Below are positions 1 through 9,069 of a stretch of DNA of 52,505 nucleotides, in pieces. The notes beneath the pieces were generated by a model that saw only the letters and a list, made by a program, of their open reading frames with translations, did no database searches and was not told the DNA's origin. The DNA is from an uncultured bacterium (GTDB taxonomy: Bacteria; CAYJRR01). A program made the translations under genes and the position numbers. The DNA lies in the NCBI GenBank assembly GCA_964372275.1, contig CAYJRR010000010.1:1-52505 (forward strand), written 5' to 3'. How positions within the stretch are numbered: position 1 is the stretch's first letter; the number at the start of each line of letters is the position of its first letter.

Positions 1-535
<535 letters not shown>

Positions 536-540
536 CTAAA

Positions 541-568
541 ACGATACCGGAGACCGTTGGAATCGCAA
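541..568 (-). promoter_or_regulatory. Possible sigma70-type promoter for mreB
   Basis: Minus strand TTGCGA-N16-TATCGT in an AT-richer intergenic patch upstream of mreB. Confidence 0.35.
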
Positions 569-615
569 ATGAAAAGCGGTTGGACGGGGGGGCGGGCGGC
601 CCCCGAAGGCGGCCT

Positions 616-2109
616 TTACCGCACCCGGCGGCCGATCGACCGGCGCCCCGGCGCGACCAGGAACATCGTCTCGCCGTCCCGCTCGATCAGCAGCAGGAGA
701 CGGCGCCCGGCCGTCTCGCGCGCGATCTCTTCGAACTGTTTCGCGTTCGCCACCCGGCGGCGATTCGCCTCCAGAATCCGATCTCCTTCCTCCAGACCCA
801 GCTCGTCGCCGATGGAGCCCCGCTCCACCCGCCGGATGACGACCCCTTCGTCGGCCTTGAGCCGATAGCGATGGGCGACCTCGGGCGTGAGATCGCTCAC
901 GGCGATCCCGAGCCGCTCCGACCCCTCCTCGTCCGACTCGTCGGACGGGCGGCGGGCGACGCGACCCCCTTCGTCGTACTCCACCACCCGTGCGGTGGTC
1001 GTCCGCTTCTTGCCGTCCCGGACGTAGGCGATCGACACGTCGGAGCCGGGTCGGGACTTCGCCACGCGCCGCTGCAGGTCCTTGACCTCCTTCACCGGCT
1101 TTCCGTCGAGCGCGACGATCACGTCGCCGGGCACAAGGCCGGCGCGGGCCGCCGGGGAGTTGGCTTCGACCCGTTGGACGAGCGCCCCCTCGTGACTTCC
1201 GATCTTCAGGACCTCCCGGTCTTCCGGATCGATCGGCGCCAGCAGCACCCCGAGCTTCCCCCGGATCGCCTTGCCGCTCGCCTTCAGGTCGGGCAGCACG
1301 TCCTTCGCCATGTTGATCGGAATGGCGAAGCCGATGGTGTTCGCCCCGCCGATGATCGCGGTGTTGATCCCGATCACCTCTCCGTGGAGGTTGAACAGCG
1401 GCCCGCCGGAGTTGCCCGGATTGATCGCCGCGTCGGTCTGCAGGAGCGCATCGTACCGGCCGATCCCCAGATTGCGCGCCGTGCCCGACACGATCCCGAG
1501 CGACGCCGTATGGTCGAGGCCGAGGGAGTTTCCGAGCGCGACCACCCAGTCCCCTTGTTCCAGCCGGTCCGAGTCCCCCAGCGCCACGGTGGGCAGCCCC
1601 GTGGCGTCGATCTTGATCAGCGCCAGGTCGATCTGGGGATCGCGGCCGACGATCGTGGCGTCGAACTCGCGCCCGTCGGTGAGCTGCACCCGGATGGCGT
1701 CGGTGTCGGCGACGACGTGATTGTTGGTCACGATGTAGCCGTCGGCGCTGATGACGAAGCCCGATCCCAGGGCGTCGGACTTCTGTTCGATGTTCGGGTG
1801 CCGGTCGGGGAAGCCGAACCCGAACGGTCCGAAGTCGAACGGCATCGCCCGCGACATCCGGACGGTCCGCGAGGTGGAGATGTAGACCACCGACGGGGAG
1901 ACGGTCTTGAGCAGACCCGAGAGGGAGGGGAGGACCTGCGCCGGCGAGGACGGGGTCGAAGGGGCCTCCTTGGAGGCCGCAGCGCCGTCTTTCCAGAACC
2001 GGCCGACGCCGTCCTGGGCGCCCCGCAAGGGACGTTGGAGGCCCAGCGTCGTCGTTCCGCCCGCGACGAACGCCGTCGCCGCCACCATCCAGGATCGCCA
2101 TCGTCCCAC
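616..2109 (-). CDS. degP: Do/DegQ (HtrA) family periplasmic serine protease with two PDZ domains
   Basis: Motifs LGSGFVIS, TNNHVV, DLALIKI and LQTDAAINPGNSGGPL, two PDZ-like repeats and a hydrophobic N-terminus. Confidence 0.93.
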   Translation of the reverse strand: MGRWRSWMVAATAFVAGGTTTLGLQRPLRGAQDGVGRFWKDGAAASKEAPSTPSSPAQVLPSLSGLLKTVSPSVVYISTSRTVRMSRAMPFDFGPFGFGFPDRHPNIEQKSDALGSGFVISADGYIVTNNHVVADTDAIRVQLTDGREFDATIVGRDPQIDLALIKIDATGLPTVALGDSDRLEQGDWVVALGNSLGLDHTASLGIVSGTARNLGIGRYDALLQTDAAINPGNSGGPLFNLHGEVIGINTAIIGGANTIGFAIPINMAKDVLPDLKASGKAIRGKLGVLLAPIDPEDREVLKIGSHEGALVQRVEANSPAARAGLVPGDVIVALDGKPVKEVKDLQRRVAKSRPGSDVSIAYVRDGKKRTTTARVVEYDEGGRVARRPSDESDEEGSERLGIAVSDLTPEVAHRYRLKADEGVVIRRVERGSIGDELGLEEGDRILEANRRRVANAKQFEEIARETAGRRLLLLIERDGETMFLVAPGRRSIGRRVR

Positions 2110-2130
2110 GCGTCGCTCCTCGAAAATCGA

Positions 2131-2577
2131 CTACTTGGAGAGGATCTTCGGAACCTTCACCTGAAAGATACCGTCCCGGTAGTCGGTTCCAATCCCTTTG
2201 GCGTCGACCCGTCCCGGCAGGTGGAACGACCGGGCGAAGCTGCCGACCTCCTGCTCCACCCGGAGGAACGCATCGCCGCCATTGCCGGCTGGAACCCCGG
2301 ACGCCGCAGGTTTCTTCCGCTCGCCCCGGATCGTCAGCCGGTTCCGTTCCACCTTCACCACGACCTCCTCCTTCGTCAACCCCGGGAGGTCGGCGACCAG
2401 CACGAAGGCGTCGTCGGTCTCGTACAGGTCGACCGGGGGACTCCACGACGCGCCGTCGGCCGAGGCGACCGACGGGACGCTCGGCGACCCGGTCGCCAGT
2501 CGGTCCTCGAACAGCTTGTTGATCTGGCGCTGGATGGCGATCAGATCGCGCAGCGGATCGGACTTGGGCATCGGCAT
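2131..2577 (-). CDS. Hsp20/alpha-crystallin small heat shock protein
   Basis: WSPPVDLYET, DLPGL, LTIRGERK, GSFARSFHLP and YRDGIFQVKVPK. Confidence 0.93.
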   Translation of the reverse strand: MPMPKSDPLRDLIAIQRQINKLFEDRLATGSPSVPSVASADGASWSPPVDLYETDDAFVLVADLPGLTKEEVVVKVERNRLTIRGERKKPAASGVPAGNGGDAFLRVEQEVGSFARSFHLPGRVDAKGIGTDYRDGIFQVKVPKILSK

Positions 2578-2598
2578 GGCGAACGAAACGCTCCTGGT

Positions 2599-3522
2599 CT
2601 ATCGCGAGCGGACGGCCGCGCGCCCTCCGGTGTAGGGACGCACCACCGGCCGCGCGAACTCCGCCGTGAAGTCGATCAACGCCCGCGCCACGTCCCGCCC
2701 GGTCGCCCGCTCCATCCCTTCGAACCCGGGGGAGGAGTTGATCTCCATCACCTTCGGGCCTTCGCGCGACACGAGCATGTCGACGCCGGCGATCTGCAGG
2801 CCCACCACCCGCGTCGCCTCGACCGCGGCCCGCGTGTAGCGGGGATCGAGCTTCACGATCTCGCCGAAGCCGCCGCGGTGGATGTTCGACCGGAACTCCC
2901 CCATCTTCGCGCGCCGCTCCATGGCGCAGACGACCTTGTCGCCGAGCACCAGCGCGCGGATGTCGCGCCCCTTGCTCTCCGCGACGAACTGCTGGATCAG
3001 GATGTTCTGGCCCAGCCCCCAGAGGGTGTCGAGGACGCTTTCGACCGCCTGCCGGCTCTCGGCGATCATCACCCCCACCCCTTGGGTCCCCTGCAGGAGC
3101 TTCAGGATCACCGGCGTTCCGTCGACCATCTCCAGCGCGACCCCGATGTTGCGCGGGTTGCGCGCCACCACCGTCTTGGGGATGTCGATCCCCTTCCGCG
3201 CGAGCAGCTGCAGGCAGCGCAGCTTGTCGCGCGAGCGCATGATGCTGGAGGCGTCGTTGACGACCGGCACCCCCATCATCCCGAACTGCGCCACCACCGC
3301 CACGCCGTACTCGGTGATGTTGGTCCCGATCCGCGGCAGCACCACGTCGACGTCGCGCAGCGGCTCGCCGCGATAGACGACGTCGGGTCCTTCCCCACCG
3401 AGGACGAGGTAGCACTCGAGCGGATCGACGACGAGCATCTCGTGTCCGGCGGCGACCGCCGCCTCGTACAGGCGCCGCGTGCTGTAGAGCTTCGGATTCT
3501 TCGAGAGCAGGAGGATGCGCAT
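2599..3522 (-). CDS. rimK: RimK-family ATP-grasp alpha-L-glutamate ligase
   Basis: Starts MRILLLSKNPKLYSTRRL (ATG 3522). Contains PRIG, RSRDKLRCLQLL, GTQGVGV, FRSNIHRGG and MEINSSPGFEG. Confidence 0.92.
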   Translation of the reverse strand: MRILLLSKNPKLYSTRRLYEAAVAAGHEMLVVDPLECYLVLGGEGPDVVYRGEPLRDVDVVLPRIGTNITEYGVAVVAQFGMMGVPVVNDASSIMRSRDKLRCLQLLARKGIDIPKTVVARNPRNIGVALEMVDGTPVILKLLQGTQGVGVMIAESRQAVESVLDTLWGLGQNILIQQFVAESKGRDIRALVLGDKVVCAMERRAKMGEFRSNIHRGGFGEIVKLDPRYTRAAVEATRVVGLQIAGVDMLVSREGPKVMEINSSPGFEGMERATGRDVARALIDFTAEFARPVVRPYTGGRAAVRSR

Positions 3523-3597
3523 CGGTCGATCCCGGCCGGCGGTGGACCTGGAAGGATACCAGAGGGTGGATCTACAATCACGGCGGGGAGGCGAACG

Positions 3598-5169
3598 ATG
3601 GCCGGAACGGCGCGGGGGACGTTTCGTCGTGCGTGGGTGGGCCTTGGCGCCGCGGCGCTGGCGGCGGTGGGCCTGGCGGCCTGCCGCGGCGGAAGGGATG
3701 GAGGCGGAAACGCCGACCCGGTCGTCGGCCTGACCGTCTCCGGATCGCTGGGTGCGGGCTATGCGCTCCCCGGGTTCGCCGGCACGGCGACCACCGTCGA
3801 CCAGGTCTGGGCGGTCCGCCTCGGCTTCGACGGCGAGGCGAGTCCGGACAGCATCGCCGGCCGCCAGGAGTTCGACATCGGCGAGGACGGCTCGTTCGAG
3901 CTGGCGCTCGACGCCGATGGCGACTACGTGTTGCTGCTGGTCGACAGCACCGCCGCCGACAAGAAGGACCGGATCAAGGCCTACGTGTCGATCCAGGACG
4001 TCGACGGTTCGCTGATGCAGATCCCCGCCGGTGACAGCGGCGAAGGCGATTCCGGCGGCGACCACGAGGGTGACGAAGGCGGAGGCGATCACGAGGAGGG
4101 GGAGGGCGATTCCCCGCACGAGGACGAGGGGGACGGCGAGGGGGGGCATCTCGACCTCGGCGAATGCAACGAAGACGGGGACGAGGCGGTCTCGACCGAG
4201 ACGTTGCAGGACAGCGCCGACGCCTTCTCGCTCACGCTGGACCAGTTGCAGGAGATCGCCCGGACCGACGACGTCCTCAAGGTCCTGAAGAACGTCTACG
4301 TGAACTACGACGAGGAGACCGACACCTATCTCGAGATCTGGCCGTTCTTCGGCTGGCAGGACACCGCGGGAGAGATCGCGATCGGCAACGTCTTCTCCGA
4401 TCCGGCGGTGACGGTGGCCGACCACAACAACGGCTTTTCCTACTACTTCAACACCAACTCGGCGGCGTACGACTTCGACACCCTCTGCGACCAGACACAG
4501 GCGTACACGCTGAATCCCCCCGCACAGGTGGAGCAGGTCGACGGACAAGCGGGACCGTGGACCTTTGCCGATCCATGGACCAACCAGGGAACGTCCTGGA
4601 ACACCGGCTCCTCCGCCTGCGGCGTCGGGGAGATGTACGCCAGCGAGGAGTCGGGGGACTTCGGCGGCACCAGCCTCACGTTCAACTATGCCGGCGGGAC
4701 GTTTTGGAAGATCCCGATCGTCGAAGGATGGTGGCAGCTGCAGGTAGACGGAACGAAGGTGTTCGAATTCGACGGCCGCCTCGGCAGCCCGTTCGAGGAG
4801 AACGATCCGGCCAAGCCGGTCGTCTACATCCCGTCGCTCAAGGCGGTCGTCACCACCGGGGCCATCTCCTCGTTCGAAATGAAGTGGTACCTGCGCAACG
4901 ACGGGGGGACCTACGACGAAGTCACCGACCTGGAGATGCTCGACCGGTCGACGGCGAGCGTCGTCGTGAGCCTCACCGACTACTCGGGAACGAGCGGCAA
5001 CGGCGGCCTCCGCATCGAGGAGAACGCCACGATGAACGGACTCACCGCGGCCACACCGCCGAGCGGTTGGCGATTCCTCGGCGACGGGTCGACCACGAGC
5101 AAGGTGGCGGAAGAGATCACGATCACCTACGAGCAGCGCGGGATTCGATTCCGATTCGAGTGGAGGTAG
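3598..5169 (+). CDS. Hypothetical acidic lipoprotein, paralog 1 (about 523 aa)
   Basis: ATG 3598 after a GGGGAGG RBS. Lipobox GLAAC, normal high-GC3 codon usage, clear paralog of the next gene. Confidence 0.85.
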   Translation: MAGTARGTFRRAWVGLGAAALAAVGLAACRGGRDGGGNADPVVGLTVSGSLGAGYALPGFAGTATTVDQVWAVRLGFDGEASPDSIAGRQEFDIGEDGSFELALDADGDYVLLLVDSTAADKKDRIKAYVSIQDVDGSLMQIPAGDSGEGDSGGDHEGDEGGGDHEEGEGDSPHEDEGDGEGGHLDLGECNEDGDEAVSTETLQDSADAFSLTLDQLQEIARTDDVLKVLKNVYVNYDEETDTYLEIWPFFGWQDTAGEIAIGNVFSDPAVTVADHNNGFSYYFNTNSAAYDFDTLCDQTQAYTLNPPAQVEQVDGQAGPWTFADPWTNQGTSWNTGSSACGVGEMYASEESGDFGGTSLTFNYAGGTFWKIPIVEGWWQLQVDGTKVFEFDGRLGSPFEENDPAKPVVYIPSLKAVVTTGAISSFEMKWYLRNDGGTYDEVTDLEMLDRSTASVVVSLTDYSGTSGNGGLRIEENATMNGLTAATPPSGWRFLGDGSTTSKVAEEITITYEQRGIRFRFEWR

Positions 5170-5171
5170 GG

Positions 5172-6758
5172 ATGGAGCCGTTTCGCGTCACCGGGAGCCG
5201 GTCGCTCCGCCCGAAGGGAGGGGCGCTCGTCGCCGTCCTGGTCGGATTCTCCGCCTGGGGCCTGGCGGCCTGCCGCGGCGGCAAGGACGGAGGCGGGAAC
5301 GCCGACCCGCCGGTCGGCTTGACCGTCTCCGGTTCACTCGGCGCCGGATATGCGCTTCCGGGCTTCGCCGGCTCGGTGACGACCGTCGACCAGGTCTGGG
5401 CGATCCGCCTCGGCAACGACGGCGAGGTGATCCCGTCATCGTTCGGCGACCGCAAGACGTTCGACATCGCGGAGGACGGCTCCTTCGAGCTGTCGCTCGA
5501 GACCGACGGCGACTACGTCCTGCTGCTCGTCGACAGCACGGCGACCGAGCGGCGGGACCGGATCAAGTCCTACCTCTCGATCCAGGACGTCTCCGGCACG
5601 CTGATCCAGATCCCGGCCGGCGACACGGGATCCGGGGAGGGGGACGGCGGAGAAGGGGACGGCGAAGAGGGCGGAGGCGATCACGGCGGGGAGGGTGGCG
5701 ACCACCCGGCCGACGGCGACGGGGAGGGCGAAGGGGGCTACCTCGAGCTCGGCGAGTGCAACGAGGAGGGGGACGAAGCGGTGTCGACCGAGACGCTGGC
5801 GGAGAGCGCCGACGTCTTCTCGCTGACGCTCGACCAGCTCCAGGAGATCGCGCGCACGGACGACGTGCTGAAGGTGATCAAGAACTTCTACGTCAACTAC
5901 GACGAGGAGAGCGAGACCTACCTGAACGTCTGGCCAGGATTCGCCTGGCGGGACACCGCCGGCGAGGTCTCGATCGCCGGTACCTTCTCCGACCCGGCGG
6001 CGACGGTCGCCGGCGACAACAACGGGTACACGTTTCTCTTCCAGACCAACGATCCGGTGATCGACATCGATACCGTGTGCGATCAGAGCAAGAGCTACAC
6101 GCTCCACCCGCCCGCCACGGTGGCGGCCGTCTTCGGGACCGGTTGGTGGAGCTTCACCAAGCCGTTCACCAACCAGGGGGCCGTCCAGAACACCGGCACG
6201 ACGGCCTGTGGCGTCGGCGAGCTCTACGCCAGCGAGGACACCCAGAGCCCCGGGTTCGTCAGCTTCAACTTTTCCGGCGCGAACGGATCGAACTGGCGGG
6301 TACCGATCGTCGAAGGCTGGTGGGAGCACCAGGTCGACGGGGAGACGGTGTTCGAGTTCGACGGCGCGCTCGCCGCCCCGTTCGAGAACGGGGATCCATT
6401 GAAGCCCTACGTCTACATCCCGTCGGTTCGGGCCGTCGCCACGACGGGGTACCTCACCGCGATCGACATCAAGTGGTACCTGCGCAACGAAGCCGGCGGA
6501 TTCGACGAGGTGACCGACTTCGAGATCTTCGACCGGGTCGCGAACGAGGTGGGGGTATCCATCACCGACTATTCGGGGACCACCGGGAGCGGCGGGATGC
6601 GAATCGGGGAGAACGCCACGATGGTCGGTGTGACCTCCGCGATCCCGCCGAGCACGTGGCGGATCATGGGCGACGCTTCGACGACGCAGCCGGTCGCCGA
6701 GGACATCACCATCGGCTACAAGATTCGGGACATCGGCTTCCGCTTCGAGTTCCAGTAG
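5172..6758 (+). CDS. Hypothetical acidic lipoprotein, paralog 2 (about 528 aa)
   Basis: ATG 2 nt after the previous stop. Lipobox GLAAC. Shares GLTVSGSLGAGYALPGFAG, TLDQLQEIARTDDVLKV and KWYLRN with paralog 1. Confidence 0.85.
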   Translation: MEPFRVTGSRSLRPKGGALVAVLVGFSAWGLAACRGGKDGGGNADPPVGLTVSGSLGAGYALPGFAGSVTTVDQVWAIRLGNDGEVIPSSFGDRKTFDIAEDGSFELSLETDGDYVLLLVDSTATERRDRIKSYLSIQDVSGTLIQIPAGDTGSGEGDGGEGDGEEGGGDHGGEGGDHPADGDGEGEGGYLELGECNEEGDEAVSTETLAESADVFSLTLDQLQEIARTDDVLKVIKNFYVNYDEESETYLNVWPGFAWRDTAGEVSIAGTFSDPAATVAGDNNGYTFLFQTNDPVIDIDTVCDQSKSYTLHPPATVAAVFGTGWWSFTKPFTNQGAVQNTGTTACGVGELYASEDTQSPGFVSFNFSGANGSNWRVPIVEGWWEHQVDGETVFEFDGALAAPFENGDPLKPYVYIPSVRAVATTGYLTAIDIKWYLRNEAGGFDEVTDFEIFDRVANEVGVSITDYSGTTGSGGMRIGENATMVGVTSAIPPSTWRIMGDASTTQPVAEDITIGYKIRDIGFRFEFQ

Positions 6759-6769
6759 ACTCGCCGTCG

Positions 6770-7519
6770 ATGCGACGGATCGTCGGCGTCGGCTTGCTGG
6801 TGCTGTGCGCGGGCTGCGTGACCAAGGGCCGGTTCGCGGCCAAGGAGCGGGAGGTCGACGCCTGCTTCCGCGCGCTCGAACAGGACAATCGGCGCAAGAA
6901 GGAGCTGGCGGAGGCGACGGCCCAGCTGCACGCCCGTCTGGACGAGCTTTCGACGCTGCTCTCGAAGGCGGAGTCGAAGAGCGCGGAGGTGGAGGCGCTT
7001 CGGCTTCGGCTGCAGGAGGCGGCCGACCAGGTGAGCGAGCTGCAGCAGGAACAGCAGAAGCTCCGCGCGCGCTCCGACACCTACGATCGGCTGGTGGCGA
7101 CGCTTCGGCAGGAGATCGAGGCGGGAAAGGTGAAGGTGCGCGAAGGATCGAACCGCCTGTCGGTGGAGATGACCGACAAGGTTCTCTTCGACTCCGGCTC
7201 CGCCTCGCTCAACGCCGACGGCGAGCACGCGCTGCGCAAGGTCGGCGCCGTCCTGCGCACCGTCGGCGACCGGCAGATCGTGGTCGAGGGACACACCGAC
7301 AGCGCGCCGATCGGCGGCGGGCTCGCCGAGCGGTTCCCCACCAACTGGGAGCTGTCGGCCGCGCGCGCGACCTGCGTGGTGCGGTTCCTCGAGGACGCCG
7401 GCGTCGACCCCGCGCGTCTCGCCGCCGCCGGCTACTCGCGCTATCGTCCGGTCGCCGACAACGCGACCGACGACGGTCGCCGCCAGAACCGCCGCATCGA
7501 GATCGTCCTCACGCCGTAG
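6770..7519 (+). CDS. OmpA/MotB-type peptidoglycan-binding lipoprotein with N-terminal coiled coil
   Basis: Lipobox CAGC, coiled-coil region, then VLFDSGSA, VEGHTD, TNWELSAARA and GRRQNRRIEIVL. Confidence 0.9.
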   Translation: MRRIVGVGLLVLCAGCVTKGRFAAKEREVDACFRALEQDNRRKKELAEATAQLHARLDELSTLLSKAESKSAEVEALRLRLQEAADQVSELQQEQQKLRARSDTYDRLVATLRQEIEAGKVKVREGSNRLSVEMTDKVLFDSGSASLNADGEHALRKVGAVLRTVGDRQIVVEGHTDSAPIGGGLAERFPTNWELSAARATCVVRFLEDAGVDPARLAAAGYSRYRPVADNATDDGRRQNRRIEIVLTP

Positions 7520-7522
7520 GCC

Positions 7523-8221
7523 ATGACCATGCCGACACCGACGCCTCCTCGCCTCCGAACGTCGACGCCGAGTCCGCTGGCGCTTCTCCTTCTCCTCGCG
7601 GCGGCCGGCTGTTTTTCCAGCGGCCCGAAGTCGGTGGTGCCCGACGCCGAGCTGGCGGAGCTGAGCGAATCCGAGCGCGGACCGATCGAGGCGGCGCGGG
7701 GAGAGGTCGAGCAGTCGACCAAGGCGGTCGGCCAGGCCAAGGCCGATCTCGAGGCGGCCAAGAGGCAGGCGGAGGTCGCGCGCGGGGCGATCCAGCACGC
7801 CAAGACCGACCTGGCGATCGCCGAGACGACCTACAAGAGCGCCCAGGAGGGCGGGATCGCCGACGAACTCCTCGCCGCCAAGCAAGGGCGGGAGAAGGCG
7901 CGCGCCGCGCTCGCCTACGCCAAGGCCGAGGAGCGACACCAGGCGGCCCTGGTCGAGCTCGGCCGCGCGCGCCTCGACGAGGCGGTGGCGTGGCAGCGCC
8001 ACGCGCGGGCGCGGGTGGAGCTGGAGAAGGTGAAGGCGCTGACCCAGAAACGCGCCGACGAAAGCCCCGAGGCGCAGGCCAAGCTCGCCAAAGCCGAGGC
8101 CCAGTCGGCCAAAGCGAAGCTCCGCCACGCCGACCGCCGCATCGACACCGCCCGCGCGCAGAAGCGAGCCGACAAGGCCCGCGAGAAGTCGGAAGCCGCG
8201 AAGTCGGCGATCCCCTCGTAG
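7523..8221 (+). CDS. Alanine-rich coiled-coil lipoprotein
   Basis: LLLLLAAAGC lipobox followed by A/E/K/Q heptad-like helices. Starts 3 nt after the OmpA gene. Confidence 0.8.
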   Translation: MTMPTPTPPRLRTSTPSPLALLLLLAAAGCFSSGPKSVVPDAELAELSESERGPIEAARGEVEQSTKAVGQAKADLEAAKRQAEVARGAIQHAKTDLAIAETTYKSAQEGGIADELLAAKQGREKARAALAYAKAEERHQAALVELGRARLDEAVAWQRHARARVELEKVKALTQKRADESPEAQAKLAKAEAQSAKAKLRHADRRIDTARAQKRADKAREKSEAAKSAIPS

Positions 8222-8285
8222 ACCGTTTCGGTCCGGTCAACGGGGCACGCCGCCGGCGACGGAAGGGGTGGTATCCGGCGTACAC

Positions 8286-8317
8286 GCGAAGGCCCGGGAT
8301 CTCTCCCGGGCCTTTGC
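8286..8317. terminator. Hairpin between convergent genes, probable bidirectional terminator
   Basis: GCGAAGGCCCGGGA-TCTC-TCCCGGGCCTTTGC, a 14-bp stem with one G-U pair, between the stops at 8221 and 8335. Confidence 0.7.
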
Positions 8318-8334
8318 GGTGCCCTTCTTGTGCG

Positions 8335-8925
8335 TTACTCCGGCAGCAGCGTCGCCTCTCCGTCAAGGACGATGTCGCACTCGCCGTTGGCGGGGTTGGA
8401 CAGCGTCGGGAACGGGATCGGCAGGTCGCCCGGGAGCGACTCGCCCTCCCACGCCGAGCAGTCGGAGACGTTGCCGGAGGAGGTGACGTTCGCGCTGATG
8501 TTGGCGGTGATCGTGGCGTCGAACTCGCCGGCGCCGGTCATCTCGCCGTCGGCCTGGGCGGAGATCTCGAGGATGCATCCGGAGCCGAGGCTGGCGATGA
8601 CCGAGCCCTCGGCGAACAGGGTGTTGCCGTCCTTGGTCCCCTCGATCGGGGGGAGGATGCCGGCCGCCGCCTCGGGCGGGATCAGCGTCCAGGTGGTGTC
8701 GTCCTCGCTCCCCTCGATGTCGATCTCGAGGTCGATCCCGGCGATGAGGGTGTCGATGTCCTCGTCGAAGCAGGTGTCGGTCGGGAGCGACTTGGTGTCG
8801 AAGTTGTACGTCCCCGAATCGAGTCTGTAGATCGTGTCGTCCCCTTCGCCGCCGCTGCACGCGGCCACCAGCACGCCCGCGGCGATCGTGCTCGTAATTC
8901 CCAGGAAAATCTTCTTGATTCGCAT
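8335..8925 (-). CDS. Hypothetical acidic beta-rich lipoprotein (about 196 aa)
   Basis: ATG 8925 after an AAGGGAG RBS. MRIKKIFLG...VLVAAC lipobox and four further Cys. Confidence 0.82.
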   Translation of the reverse strand: MRIKKIFLGITSTIAAGVLVAACSGGEGDDTIYRLDSGTYNFDTKSLPTDTCFDEDIDTLIAGIDLEIDIEGSEDDTTWTLIPPEAAAGILPPIEGTKDGNTLFAEGSVIASLGSGCILEISAQADGEMTGAGEFDATITANISANVTSSGNVSDCSAWEGESLPGDLPIPFPTLSNPANGECDIVLDGEATLLPE

Positions 8926-8992
8926 ACTTGCTCCCTTTTCGGTGCCCACCGAGGATCGATCGTGTTGACGTTGGAGAAAAAAACGAGCGCGT

Positions 8993-9022
8993 AGACTAGC
9001 GCGTCTGCCGAACGCGATGCAA
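8993..9022 (-). promoter_or_regulatory. Possible sigma70-type promoter for the 8335-8925 lipoprotein
   Basis: Minus strand TTGCAT-N18-TAGTCT followed by a T-rich leader. Confidence 0.35.
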
Positions 9023-9069
9023 TGGCTACAGCATGTCCCAGTCGAGAAGACGGCGTGTCGTAGACCCGG

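Noticed and set aside
3598-6758. Direct DNA repeats suggesting a DGR template/variable repeat or a mobile element
   Set aside because: The similarity spans two whole intact genes, differences are not adenine-specific, and no reverse transcriptase or transposase is present. Gene duplication explains it.
6770-7519. Flagellar stator MotB
   Set aside because: It has a lipobox instead of the TM helix with the conserved Asp, and there is no motA neighbour.
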